A stretch of DNA of 64,000 nt from Minisyncoccota bacterium. GTDB taxonomy: Bacteria > Patescibacteriota > Minisyncoccia > Phycocordibacterales > Phycocordibacteraceae. The first letter of the stretch is position 1, and each line of letters begins with the position of its first letter. This document shows positions 9,463 to 19,117 of the stretch, piece after piece. The notes beneath the pieces are model-generated. The model ran no database searches and was not told the DNA's origin. It was given only the letters and a program-made list of their open reading frames with translations. The translations under genes and the position numbers were made by a program. The DNA is taken from assembly GCA_022841985.1 (NCBI GenBank), contig JALHQL010000004.1, forward strand, positions 1,726-65,725. The letters are read 5' to 3'.

Positions 9463-9774
9463 CTATCGGCGAATTTTGGAAAGAAGATTGGCGAGTTCGC
9501 TTTTGACATCTTGATACGACATGCTGCTGACAGAGGATTTTGGGAAAACAATGAGTGACGCAGGGAGGGGGAGAGTTCGGAGCGCCGCAAGTACCCGACG
9601 CTTAATCAGGTGCCTGGTAACCGAGAGACGAGCAGTCTTTTTCGACACAATGACCGCATATCCTTTCGATTCTTTCGGAAAAATGATGCTTAGATTTGAG
9701 GACGAAAATCTCCGGCCTGTTGAAAGCGCTGTAGGGAAAACCGCACGCGAGAGCCGTTCTCGGCGAGGGAACAC
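9463..9774 (-). CDS. rnpA: RNase P protein component
   Basis: VSKKTARLSVTRHLIKRR (RNR-like motif); synteny. Confidence 0.85.
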   Translation of the reverse strand: MFPRRERLSRAVFPTALSTGRRFSSSNLSIIFPKESKGYAVIVSKKTARLSVTRHLIKRRVLAALRTLPLPASLIVFPKSSVSSMSYQDVKSELANLLSKIRR

Positions 9775-9779
9775 AAAAA

Positions 9780-9917
9780 TCAGGCAGTGAGGCGCGTACG
9801 GCCAATACGACGACGTTTCTGCACAATCTTACGGCCGGAGCTCGTTTTTGTTCGGACAAGGAAGCCGTGTGTTTTGGCTCGCTTACGTTTCTTCGGTTGA
9901 TAGGTTCGTTTGGACAT
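9780..9917 (-). CDS. rpmH: 50S ribosomal protein L34
   Basis: Manually translated [45 protein letters not shown] (45 aa, below ORF-track cutoff). Confidence 0.95.
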   Translation of the reverse strand: MSKRTYQPKKRKRAKTHGFLVRTKTSSGRKIVQKRRRIGRTRLTA

Positions 9918-9935
9918 GCTGGACGAAAAATTAGG

Positions 9936-9944
9936 TTATACACA
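9936..9944 (+). promoter_or_regulatory. DnaA box upstream of dnaA
   Basis: TTATACACA matches TTATNCACA. Confidence 0.65.
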
Positions 9945-10015
9945 CAATACTAACAGTTTCTCCCCGAAACGCCAGAGTGCCTTGTCTAAAGAATCATCGT
10001 ATACTCCAAAGCATT

Positions 10016-11368
10016 ATGAACAAAGGGGATCCGAAGGAGTTGTGGGAATACGTTCTTACCCAGATCGAGTTATCTATATCCCCAGCAAACTTCAATACCT
10101 GGTTCCGTAACAGTTTTATCGTGAAGATTAGTGAGGATGGGGTGGTGCATATCGGCGTACCGAGTCAGTTCTTTAAGGATTGGTATCTTAAGAAATTTCA
10201 CACTTTGTTGTTGAAAATCATTCGAGATGTGTCGTATGAATTCCGTAATATCGAATATGTCATTGTAAAAGATGAAAATCGCAGACTCTCCAAAGAAGTT
10301 AAAAATGTGCGGGGAGCACTTGAGCTGCCTCTTGATGATTTTTATATCAATAAAAGCGACAATCTGAATCCGAGATATACATTTGATACATTTGTTATCG
10401 GATCCTTCAATAATCTCGCGTACGCGGCGGCACAAGCGGTGCTCGCACGTCCTGGAATAACCTACAACCCTCTTTTTATCTATGGTGATACTGGTCGCGG
10501 GAAAACACACCTTATCCAAGCTATTGGTAATCAATATAAGAAACAGTATCCCGGACAGAAAGTTTTCTATCTCACGTCTGAAAAATTTGTTGTTGATTAC
10601 ACCGATTCAGTGCAGGCAGGCACCGCCAACAGATTCAAAGATAAATATCGCCACTATGACCTTCTTATCATGGATGATATTCAATTTCTTTCAAAAAAAG
10701 AAAGGAGTGAGGAAGAATTGTTTCATCTCTTCAACGCTCTTCATGACATGAATAAGCAAATTATTTTCTCTTCCGATCGCTCTCCAATAGCCATTCCTGA
10801 TATTACTGAGCGTTTAAAGGGGCGATTAGCGAGTGGTATGACGATTGATATTGGGGAACCAGATCCGGAGTCACGGATGGCCATCGTACGGAAAAAAGCA
10901 GCTTCACATGGTGTATTACTATCGGATGAGGTTATTGAATATGTAGCGGTATCCATGAATGGTTCTATACGTGAATTAGAAGGTATGGTAAACAGTATTA
11001 TCTGTCACGCTCAAGTGAAAGGATTTGCGCCTGATATTATGGAAGTGCGACAATCCCTCCGCTCATTCACTCGTCCTCAAAAAAACATATCTATTAAAAA
11101 TATTGTTGATAAAATTGCGGAATTTTATAATATTGATGAAGAAAGTATCTATGAAAAAACAAGGAGGAGGGAAGTAGTACGGCCTCGACAGATCATTATG
11201 TATATTCTTCGAGAGGATTTTCATATATCCTATCCAACAATTGGCACAAAACTTGGTGGTCGTGATCATACAACTGTTATCCACTCCTGTGAGAAGATAA
11301 AGCGTGAAATGGTTGTGGATAGTGAACTTGAGAAAGAGATTCAAAATATTCGGACTCTTCTTGTATGA
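10016..11368 (+). CDS. dnaA: Chromosomal replication initiator DnaA
   Basis: YNPLFIYGDTGRGKTHL, DDIQFL, RELEG, GGRDHTTVIH; start ATG 10016. Confidence 0.98.
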   Translation: MNKGDPKELWEYVLTQIELSISPANFNTWFRNSFIVKISEDGVVHIGVPSQFFKDWYLKKFHTLLLKIIRDVSYEFRNIEYVIVKDENRRLSKEVKNVRGALELPLDDFYINKSDNLNPRYTFDTFVIGSFNNLAYAAAQAVLARPGITYNPLFIYGDTGRGKTHLIQAIGNQYKKQYPGQKVFYLTSEKFVVDYTDSVQAGTANRFKDKYRHYDLLIMDDIQFLSKKERSEEELFHLFNALHDMNKQIIFSSDRSPIAIPDITERLKGRLASGMTIDIGEPDPESRMAIVRKKAASHGVLLSDEVIEYVAVSMNGSIRELEGMVNSIICHAQVKGFAPDIMEVRQSLRSFTRPQKNISIKNIVDKIAEFYNIDEESIYEKTRRREVVRPRQIIMYILREDFHISYPTIGTKLGGRDHTTVIHSCEKIKREMVVDSELEKEIQNIRTLLV

Positions 11369-11480
11369 TTTTTATTTATACTCTATCCACATATTGTTTT
11401 AAAAATAAGGAATGTATATATCCAACTACTACCTCATATTTCAATGTTATCCACCTATCCACACCCTTAATAAGAATTGT
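11277..11480. other. Putative replication origin oriC
   Basis: AT-rich dnaA-dnaN spacer with DnaA-box-like 9-mers TTATCCACT (11277), TGTGGATAG (11314), CTATCCACA (11383, 11455), TTATCCACC (11447); + strand looks C-rich to the left and G-rich to the right. Confidence 0.75.
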
Positions 11481-12581
11481 ATGAATATTTCAATAGAAAA
11501 AAAGAAATTCTCAGAAGCTGTGCATATAGTGGCAAGATTCGCTCAACGAAAAATCACTACACTCCCCGCACTCTCTTCAATACTTATTATTGCAGGAGAT
11601 GATGGTATAAAAATGCGCGCAACAAATCTTGAAACAGGTATTGATTTTAAACTTAAAGGAGAATGTACGGAAAAAGGAGTTGTCGCAATTTCAGCATTAT
11701 TACTTCAACAAATAGCAAGTTCACTTACCCAAGAAGGGAAAATAATCCTAGAACACATAGGAGATATTGTTTCAATCACCAGCGGCACAAGTAAAAGTTC
11801 AATAAAAACGACACCTTATGATGATTTTCCCTCAATCCCATTTCCAGAAAGTTCAAAAAATAGAATAGTACTCCCTGGTAGTATTCTTCGTTCACTTTTT
11901 ACCACTATTGCCCCTTGCGCATCTTCTTCCACTGTTCGTCCTGAATTATCAAGTATATACCTCTCTATTGAAGGAGGAATATTAACTGCTGTGGCAACAG
12001 ATTCTTTTCGACTTGCTGAAAAGAAAGTACCGCTTACAAATAAAGGAATTCAAGGAAAGTTTCTTATTCCCGCAAAAAACGCTCTTGATATAGCCCAAGC
12101 ATTACCTAATGAGGATATTATTATGTCGTTTGATGAACACCAATGCGCGTTTATCTCAAATGATGGGATGCTTGTATCAAGATTAACAAATGCGGTATAT
12201 CCTGATTATCGGCAAATAATACCAAAAGAATCTGTTGTTGAAGCGATTGTTTTACGAAAAGATTTTGAAAATGCATTAAAACGAACAATTATCTTTTCAG
12301 ATTTATTTCAAAAAATACGCATCAATTTTGATCCAAAAAAGAATCTTTTTTCTTTTTTTACACGGAATGCTGATATTGGAGAATCAATAGAAACACTCCC
12401 AGCACGCATATCAGGAAGCGCTCTTGAACTCTCTTTTAATCATAGGTATCTTTCCGCCGTATTGTCGCTTACAGGATCGGAAAGCATTTCAATTCTTGCC
12501 GTAGGTATCGGACGCCCACTTATTATAAAAGGTGTTGGGGATACCTCTCTGCTTTATTTAGTATCTCCAATGAATCAATAA
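11481..12581 (+). CDS. dnaN: DNA polymerase III beta clamp
   Basis: ATNLE, ATDSFRLAE, YPDYRQIIP, YLVSPM; follows dnaA. Confidence 0.96.
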   Translation: MNISIEKKKFSEAVHIVARFAQRKITTLPALSSILIIAGDDGIKMRATNLETGIDFKLKGECTEKGVVAISALLLQQIASSLTQEGKIILEHIGDIVSITSGTSKSSIKTTPYDDFPSIPFPESSKNRIVLPGSILRSLFTTIAPCASSSTVRPELSSIYLSIEGGILTAVATDSFRLAEKKVPLTNKGIQGKFLIPAKNALDIAQALPNEDIIMSFDEHQCAFISNDGMLVSRLTNAVYPDYRQIIPKESVVEAIVLRKDFENALKRTIIFSDLFQKIRINFDPKKNLFSFFTRNADIGESIETLPARISGSALELSFNHRYLSAVLSLTGSESISILAVGIGRPLIIKGVGDTSLLYLVSPMNQ

Positions 12582-14737
12582 AAAGAAGTTGTAGAAGTTG
12601 AGGTTTTAGTAAGAGGCACTGGGAGCATAATCCCGCCTGAAAAAAGATCAGGGTGCATGGCATACCATGCAGTAACTCCATATTCCCAGTATTCAAATTG
12701 ACGATCCTCGGAAGGGTTAGTGGGAGTGGGTCCTTGAGGGTTATTTTTATCAGTCCAATATAATAAACTATGAGGAATAATACTTCCTTGTGTATCTGGA
12801 ATTCGCCAATTTCCTTGTAGCATCGGTGGAACAGAATCGAAGATAGGACTTGACTCACCAAAATATGTTTTTGGATATTTTGAGAGAGCGTAAGACATCA
12901 CTTTGTTCCACATTGGGGCCGCAATAAAACCTGCAACAGACTTCACCATAGGGGAGTTGTCGTTATTACCAACCCATACACCAATTGTAATAGAGGGGGT
13001 ATACCCAATAATCCATGCATCACGGGTGTCGTCTGTTGTACCTGTTTTCACAGCCACATCATATCCAGCGAAAGAAAGAGGGGAATTAAGAGGATATTCT
13101 GGAAGACGTGCGTAAGCGTTTGAGAGCATTGCAGACACATCTCGTGCGATATTTGTCGGTAGCACCACTGAAGATTCGGGTGAAAATTTGTAAAGCTCAT
13201 TTCCTGCCGCATCACTAATCTCAAGTACGCCAGTCGGAGTGTTGAGCACTCCATCATTTGCAAGAGCGGAATACGCGCCAGTAAGATCAAGTAGGCGCAC
13301 TTCGCCGCCTCCGAGTACGAATGTAAGTCCGTATTGGTTCGGGTCGCCAAGGGTTGTAAGGCCGAATGACTTCGCGAGATTGATAGCTTTTTGTATCCCA
13401 ACGAGATAGAGAGTTTTAATAGCTGGAATATTGATTGATTGGGCTAGTGCTGTTTCAAAAGTCATGGGCCCTCGGAAGGCATCGTCGTAGTTGGAGGGAG
13501 CATAACAAGGAGGGGTGTTATTTGTCGTATCCGACGGCTTGCATTCTGTCGAAAATTGCGTCGGGACGTCAAAAATGACGGTGTTGCGCGTGTAGCCGTT
13601 ACTCAGCGCAAGTGAGTAAATAAAAGGCTTCATGGTAGAACCAGGTTGGCGAGAGGATAGGGTGGCATTATATTGTCCGTCAATCTCGGTATCAAAGAAA
13701 TTGCGCGAACCAACCATTGTGAGGATTTGTCCGCTTGAAGGATCAATCGCAACAAGAGAGGCGTTCGAAGCGTTAAATTTTTTCACATTTTCAAGCGCAT
13801 ATGTACGGACAATTTCCTCAGCCTTTACTTGAAGATCCACATCAAGTGTCGTAGTAACTTTTAATCCGGACATAAGAGCTTTGGCGCCATACGTTTTCTC
13901 AAGTTGATCGAGGATATAAAAAACAAAATGAGGGGCGATGATTGCATTTCGGCCTGCGGGAGCAAAGGATACTTGTTCAGAAAGAGCTGCAGTATAGGCG
14001 GCCTCATCGATAAATCCGATTTCACGCATACGTTCGAGCACAAGATTTTTACGTGCAGTAAGCTCCGTTTGGTGGGTGCCATAGGGTGAATAATACGAAG
14101 GCGCTTGAATCATTGCTGCAAGGTATGCAGCTTGCGCGAGAGAAAGGTCTTTCGCAGGTTTGTTGAAGTACGCTGCGGCAGCAGCCTCGATGCCGTAGAG
14201 CGTACTCCCATACGGAATATTATTAAGATAGGTCTCAAGAATCTGATCTTTCGAATAGGATTGTTCTAATTTTATTGCAAGCATCCATTCGTTTATCTTT
14301 CGTATAACACTTTTTTGTCTGGTGAGAAGCTCATTCTTTACCACTTGCTGTGTGATGGTCGAACCTCCTTGCGAGAGAGCACCGCCAAGAGTGTTGGCGA
14401 ATAAGGCACGAATAATGGAGGTAATGCGAATGCCTCCATGCGCGTAGAAACTTGAATCCTCGATAGCGATAGTCGCGTTTATTGTATGTGGTGATATAGC
14501 ACTGAGTGGGACGATATTTCGTTTTGCATCTCGATTGTAATCATACAAAAGGACTTGCCCAGTACGGTCATAAATCTTAGTCGATTGATCGACTTGTCGA
14601 GAAGAAAATGAATTTATGTCCGGCACCTGGGTAGTGGCGACGACAAGCAGGATACCTCCTCCCACAAGGAATCCAAGTCCAAAAATAGTAAGCAGAGAAA
14701 CAAAAAGAATATGCCGCCATGAAGCCATACGCTTCAT
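12575..14737 (-). CDS. Class A penicillin-binding protein (PBP1A-like)
   Basis: EDSSFY, GGSTITQQVVKN, QPGSTMKP (SxxK), SIN, KTGT. Confidence 0.95.
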   Translation of the reverse strand: MKRMASWRHILFVSLLTIFGLGFLVGGGILLVVATTQVPDINSFSSRQVDQSTKIYDRTGQVLLYDYNRDAKRNIVPLSAISPHTINATIAIEDSSFYAHGGIRITSIIRALFANTLGGALSQGGSTITQQVVKNELLTRQKSVIRKINEWMLAIKLEQSYSKDQILETYLNNIPYGSTLYGIEAAAAAYFNKPAKDLSLAQAAYLAAMIQAPSYYSPYGTHQTELTARKNLVLERMREIGFIDEAAYTAALSEQVSFAPAGRNAIIAPHFVFYILDQLEKTYGAKALMSGLKVTTTLDVDLQVKAEEIVRTYALENVKKFNASNASLVAIDPSSGQILTMVGSRNFFDTEIDGQYNATLSSRQPGSTMKPFIYSLALSNGYTRNTVIFDVPTQFSTECKPSDTTNNTPPCYAPSNYDDAFRGPMTFETALAQSINIPAIKTLYLVGIQKAINLAKSFGLTTLGDPNQYGLTFVLGGGEVRLLDLTGAYSALANDGVLNTPTGVLEISDAAGNELYKFSPESSVVLPTNIARDVSAMLSNAYARLPEYPLNSPLSFAGYDVAVKTGTTDDTRDAWIIGYTPSITIGVWVGNNDNSPMVKSVAGFIAAPMWNKVMSYALSKYPKTYFGESSPIFDSVPPMLQGNWRIPDTQGSIIPHSLLYWTDKNNPQGPTPTNPSEDRQFEYWEYGVTAWYAMHPDLFSGGIMLPVPLTKTSTSTTSFY

Positions 14738-14822
14738 GCTATCACCAAGCGGGCGAAGAAGAAATTCCTACCACCAAGGAAGTCGACAGAGGCAATCCTG
14801 GTTTTGTAGACTTGTCACCCGT

Positions 14823-14933
14823 TTAGTATTTCTCTTCCTCTTCTTCAAGCTCCTCGAGCTCTTCAGTTTCCTCGAGATCCTCCTCGGTTTCTTCCAAAAT
14901 GAGACTCTCGTCGTTGATGTCATCAATCATCAT
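14823..14933 (-). CDS. Small hyperacidic protein (36 aa)
   Basis: MMIDDINDESLILEETEEDLEETEELEELEEEEEKY*, filling the ruvC-PBP gap in the same orientation. Confidence 0.6.
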   Translation of the reverse strand: MMIDDINDESLILEETEEDLEETEELEELEEEEEKY

Positions 14934-14991
14934 AATGATATATGTAGCAAAAAATTATATTTCTGCAAGCAGCAGTACTTTGAAGTGGGGA

Positions 14992-15468
14992 TTATTTGCG
15001 GGGGAGCCCTGCAGCGAGTGCCGTAATGCCTATAGCAATCGCATCCATCTCATCATCAAGACGCTTCTTTGCAGGGAGAGAAAGAAGGCGTGGAATCATA
15101 GCCGCAACTGTCGATTTGTCTGAACCACCGTGGCCGGTGACAGCAAGTTTGACTTGTTGAGGGGAGCATTCTATGACTGGTAGAGAAACCATACCAGCAG
15201 CGGCGAGTATTGCTCCTCGTGCTTCTGCGACACCAATGGCTGTTTTTTTATTTGCACTAAAAAAGAGCGTTTCAATACCAAGTGCGTCGGGTAAGTGTTC
15301 CTTGATGACCTCAGTAATCGCGCGCGATACATGCGCAAGACGTTTCTCAGAAGATCCTTTGTCGGGGAGCACGCAATCGCTCATGACAAGCGTTGGTCGC
15401 GACGGATTTCCTTCGAGGACGGCAATACCGAGACGATCGTAGCCCGGGTCAATCGCCAGTATCCTCAT
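14992..15468 (-). CDS. ruvC: Holliday junction resolvase RuvC
   Basis: MRILAIDPG, ETLFF, EARG, DDEMDAIA. Confidence 0.95.
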   Translation of the reverse strand: MRILAIDPGYDRLGIAVLEGNPSRPTLVMSDCVLPDKGSSEKRLAHVSRAITEVIKEHLPDALGIETLFFSANKKTAIGVAEARGAILAAAGMVSLPVIECSPQQVKLAVTGHGGSDKSTVAAMIPRLLSLPAKKRLDDEMDAIAIGITALAAGLPRK

Positions 15469-16003
15469 ATCCTTGCGCGTTGGTAAAGACTCTCTGGACA
15501 TCGTCATGCTCATCCAATGTTTCAAGTATTACGGAGAGTCTCTCTTCATCAGCTCCAGCGACTTCAATAAGTGGTTCATGCGGTGCGTACTTGTCGCCAT
15601 TTTTCGTAAATGCCCAACTTGCAGCGCCCGGAGCTGCCAGTGCGACCCCTTGAAGCGAGAGTAGATGCTTCACTTCCTGAGTCGTACGGTTTTTGTTGTC
15701 GGTAAGAGCTTCGATGAGGAGGGCGGTACCGCCTGGACCGTACGCTTCATAGACGACCTGCTCAAGATTCCCGGAGTCTTTCGAGATACCCTTTGCCACC
15801 GCACGCTCAATATTTTCCTTTGGCATATTTTCCGCTTTGGCGCGTGCGATAGCGACCGAAAGTCCTGGCGCTGAGAGAACACCCTGTGCTTTTTTTGATT
15901 CAAGAGTGATGAGGCGCGCATACCGTGAGAAGACGCGGCTTCTTGCTGCATCCGTTACCGACTTTTGGCGCTTGATTTGTGACCATTTACTGTGCCCTGA
16001 CAT
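15449..16003 (-). CDS. yebC: YebC/PmpR family protein (short form)
   Basis: MSGHSKW, YEAYGPGG, TDNKNRT, DDVQRVFTN. Confidence 0.94.
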   Translation of the reverse strand: MSGHSKWSQIKRQKSVTDAARSRVFSRYARLITLESKKAQGVLSAPGLSVAIARAKAENMPKENIERAVAKGISKDSGNLEQVVYEAYGPGGTALLIEALTDNKNRTTQEVKHLLSLQGVALAAPGAASWAFTKNGDKYAPHEPLIEVAGADEERLSVILETLDEHDDVQRVFTNAQGYEDTGD

Positions 16004-16047
16004 ATCTGCACTATATATCAAACTTACGCTAGTCAGAGCAACAGACC

Positions 16048-17025
16048 CTATTGAAGAAACGCACGGCCTTCGGAAGTGAGAATGCGGCCGCGCGGCGAAC
16101 GCTCAATGAATCCGAGACGAAGCAGATACGGCTCATATATGTATTCGACTGTGTCAGGGTCTTCATGAATTGCGGCTGCAAGCGCATGAACGCCTGCTGG
16201 CCCACCGCGGAAGCTCTTCAGAAGTGTTTCGAGATAGCGGCGGTCATCCTTGGTAAGGCCATAGGCATCAATGCCAAATAGTTCACACGCTTCGTCGCAC
16301 AACTTGGCGGAGAGTGCGCGCTCGTGTACTTCAGAAAAGTCACGAATGCGCTTTAGAAGAGCGTTTGCAACGCGTGGAGTCGCGCGACTTCTCGCCGCGA
16401 TACGATCAACGACCTCATCAGGAGCCTTAAGTCCAAGAAGAAGCGCCGAGCGGCGAATAATATCCTTCAAATCATCCTCATTATAAAAATCGAGCTGGTA
16501 TGTGCCGCCCCCGAAGCGCGAGCGAAGAGGTCCTGAAAGTTCCGCGACACGCGTGGTTGCTCCGACGAGGGTGAAAGGAGGGAGAGCAAGTTCGACTGTC
16601 CGCGCCGAGGGTCCTTTTCCTAGAATAATGTCGAGATGTCCCGACTCGAGTGCAGGATAGAGGAGTTCTTCTATCTTACGTGAGAGACGATGGATCTCAT
16701 CGATGAAGAGAACGGTGTTGGGTTCGAGATTGGTGAGTATTGCAGCAAGATCACCTGAACGCTCAATAGCGACCCCAGAAGTGCTCTTTAGAGGTGATCC
16801 GAGTGTTGCTGCGACCAGATGGGCGAGAGTCGTCTTTCCAACGCCTGGAGGGCCGTAGAAGAGAATATGCTCGGGCATGCCCCCACGCTTCTTTGCCGCA
16901 TCGATAGCGACACGCACATTCGCTTTTACCTGTTTTTGCCCGACATAGTCGTCCCAATGAGCAGGTCGCAACGCCGAATCGAGCGACTTCAAGAGAGCAG
17001 GGAGGGCTTCTGAAGGGGTTGACAT
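16048..17025 (-). CDS. ruvB: Holliday junction helicase RuvB
   Basis: LRP, GPPGVGKTT, FIDEIHRL, GATTR, EPYL, SPRGR. Confidence 0.97.
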   Translation of the reverse strand: MSTPSEALPALLKSLDSALRPAHWDDYVGQKQVKANVRVAIDAAKKRGGMPEHILFYGPPGVGKTTLAHLVAATLGSPLKSTSGVAIERSGDLAAILTNLEPNTVLFIDEIHRLSRKIEELLYPALESGHLDIILGKGPSARTVELALPPFTLVGATTRVAELSGPLRSRFGGGTYQLDFYNEDDLKDIIRRSALLLGLKAPDEVVDRIAARSRATPRVANALLKRIRDFSEVHERALSAKLCDEACELFGIDAYGLTKDDRRYLETLLKSFRGGPAGVHALAAAIHEDPDTVEYIYEPYLLRLGFIERSPRGRILTSEGRAFLQ

Positions 17026-17047
17026 AAAAATAGTATGATGCTAGTAT
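17019..17047 (+). promoter_or_regulatory. Sigma70-type promoter firing into the ruvB-pilB intergenic region
   Basis: TTGACA (17019-24), 17-nt spacer, extended TGc-TAGTAT (17042-47). Confidence 0.65.
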
Positions 17048-17053
17048 ATTAGC

Positions 17054-17292
17054 ACAGTTTTGGCGTTCTGTTACTAGCCTGTTTTCCTATGGTTAGTGGC
17101 GAGACGCCAGTGCACGCTCCTTTCGAAATCCTCTTCATACTCCTCTAGGCAAGGCTTGACGGCTTTGGGCGTTTCCCCAAGGACTTTCTGGTCCATTCCT
17201 TTCGGGGAATGGCACTGGGAATCTCCTCAGGTGTCTCGTTCTCCCCGCGTTATTGCGGGTTTTTGCCTGGAGGATTATGGATGGGATTTTCG
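17054..17292 (+). ncRNA. Candidate structured non-coding RNA (6S-like rod or novel)
   Basis: Promoter upstream; stems 17070-79/17091-100, 17125-52/17263-90 (26 of 28 paired), 17181-92/17214-26 and UUCG hairpin 17193-212; mismatches resolve as G-U on the + strand. Confidence 0.6.
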
Positions 17293-17300
17293 TTTCTATG

Positions 17301-18977
17301 TTAACGAGGGAGATCGACGGTCGCGGCGACTTCTGCAAGCGAAGTGATGCCAGTGAGGGCTTTGATAATGCCGTCTTGAGCCATCGTCAGATAGCCTTGT
17401 TTTCCAGCTAACTTCGCAATGTCATTTTCAGACGGATTGTCGCGCAGGAAGCTTGCGAGCTCGTCGTCCATGAATATCGCTTCATAGAGGCCGACACGAC
17501 CCTTGTAGCCAGTTTCGCCAGCATTGGTCGGAGCTGGTTCCCATACCGTCTCTATCTTTTCAGGAATCAATGATTTATCGGTAAGCGGCTCAAATACTTT
17601 AGCGATCATTTTTTTCTCGTCGTCCGTAAGAAGGCGTTCTTTCTTTTTATTTGGATCAAGTTTGCGTATAAGCCGTTGTGCCATTGAGACGGTGACCGAC
17701 GAACCGAAGGATTTCGGATCCGCGCCAAGATCAACAAGTCGCGGGAAAGTTCCAGCAGCGTTGTTTGTGTGAAGCGTCGAGAAGACAAAGTGTCCAGTGA
17801 GCGCCGCTTGAATGGCAATATTTGCCGTTTCACCATCGCGGATTTCGCCAACCATGATAATGTCTGGGTCCTGTCGCACGATCGACTTGAGTCCTTCGGC
17901 AAAGGTATACTTTTCTCCTTCAACCTGTGTCTGCACAATACCTTCGAGATGGTATTCAATAGGATCTTCTATGGTGATTACTTTTATCTCTGGCGAATGT
18001 ATCTCGCGGAGGAATGAGTAAAGTGTGGTCGTTTTGCCGCTTCCGGTAGGACCTGTCGTGAGGAGCATTCCGTTCGGCCGCCGTATCTCCGTCTCTAGTC
18101 GAGCGAGAAGTTTTGGATGGATACCGAGCTCTTTATAGGAAACTTTTGTAGCTTCGGGATCGAGAATACGCATCACGATAGACTCTCCGTAGTTTCCGGG
18201 AATAAAGGAAACGCGCATTTCGATCTGGTTTGCGCCTTTTATGATGCTGAAACGGCCGTCTTGCGCGCGATTAGTGATATTGAGCTTCGCTCCCGAGAGA
18301 AGTTTAATGCGCGAATTAATTTGATGGTATGTTGCCGGATCGAAGTGGTATGTATCAGAGAGGAGACCGTCGATACGCAGGCGAAGGAGCGCTTTCTCTT
18401 CGCTCGGCTCGAAATGGATGTCAGATGCTCGGAGTGCGAACGCTCCGGCAAGAACGAGCTCGAGCAAATGAGAGACACGTTCGAGAGACTTGAGGTTCAT
18501 GGCGGTATCAAATCCTTGTTCAAGGGTTTTACGTGATCCTTCTCCTTGAGTTATTTTTTCGAGTGTTTCGGGAGTAACGACAAACACGCCAGCTTTTGAT
18601 GTGGCAGCAAAGGAGAGGTCGCTATAGCGGGCAAATACCTTATCGAGACTTTTTTTCGAAACGAGAAATTTTTGCAGCAGAAACCCGCGAGTGGTGAGAT
18701 CTTCGATAAGGGTTGGAAGCGTTGGATTGTTTGGATTATGAATAGCAAGTGAAAGTGTTTTTGCTGTTTTTGCAAAAGCTGCCGCGTCAGCGAGATGTGC
18801 TTGTTCTTCTGGGATAATGCGAAGCGCATCATTGTCTACTTCCTTGAGCGAAAGGTCGATGTAGGACATTCCGTATTTGTCAGAAAGTATCTGCGCAACA
18901 TCTTCCTCTTCCCGCTCTCGTACCTGAGCAAGCTCTGCGTCCTCGTGTTCCGTATCAAAATGAGAATCCATGTGCAT
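17301..18977 (-). CDS. pilB: GspE/PilB family type IV pilus assembly ATPase
   Basis: ASDIHFEP, TGPTGSGKTTTLY, TIEDPIEY, RQDPDIIMVGEIRD, STLHTN, GYKGR. Confidence 0.92.
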   Translation of the reverse strand: MHMDSHFDTEHEDAELAQVREREEEDVAQILSDKYGMSYIDLSLKEVDNDALRIIPEEQAHLADAAAFAKTAKTLSLAIHNPNNPTLPTLIEDLTTRGFLLQKFLVSKKSLDKVFARYSDLSFAATSKAGVFVVTPETLEKITQGEGSRKTLEQGFDTAMNLKSLERVSHLLELVLAGAFALRASDIHFEPSEEKALLRLRIDGLLSDTYHFDPATYHQINSRIKLLSGAKLNITNRAQDGRFSIIKGANQIEMRVSFIPGNYGESIVMRILDPEATKVSYKELGIHPKLLARLETEIRRPNGMLLTTGPTGSGKTTTLYSFLREIHSPEIKVITIEDPIEYHLEGIVQTQVEGEKYTFAEGLKSIVRQDPDIIMVGEIRDGETANIAIQAALTGHFVFSTLHTNNAAGTFPRLVDLGADPKSFGSSVTVSMAQRLIRKLDPNKKKERLLTDDEKKMIAKVFEPLTDKSLIPEKIETVWEPAPTNAGETGYKGRVGLYEAIFMDDELASFLRDNPSENDIAKLAGKQGYLTMAQDGIIKALTGITSLAEVAATVDLPR

Positions 18978-19029
18978 GAATGATAACAGAGTGATAATAC
19001 CATCCGGAAATGGATACAGGGAGCAGGAC

Positions 19030-19059
19030 TTGACACCATGGCATAAGTGGTAGTATAAT
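19030..19059 (+). promoter_or_regulatory. Sigma70 promoter
   Basis: TTGACA-N18-TATAAT upstream of the 19118 ORF. Confidence 0.7.
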
Positions 19060-19117
19060 ATACATAGATAATTGTTGTGAGCCAATAAATTAAAAAACTG
19101 AAAAAGGGGGGTGTGTT

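Noticed and set aside
17054-17292. tmRNA, RNase P RNA or SRP RNA identity
   Set aside because: No tRNA-like ends or T-loop, no GAGGAAAGUCC/P4 pairing, no SRP helix 8 motif recognised
17096-17347. 83-aa + strand ORF and short - strand ORFs in the ruvB-pilB gap
   Set aside because: No RBS or protein-like features; RNA structure explains the region better
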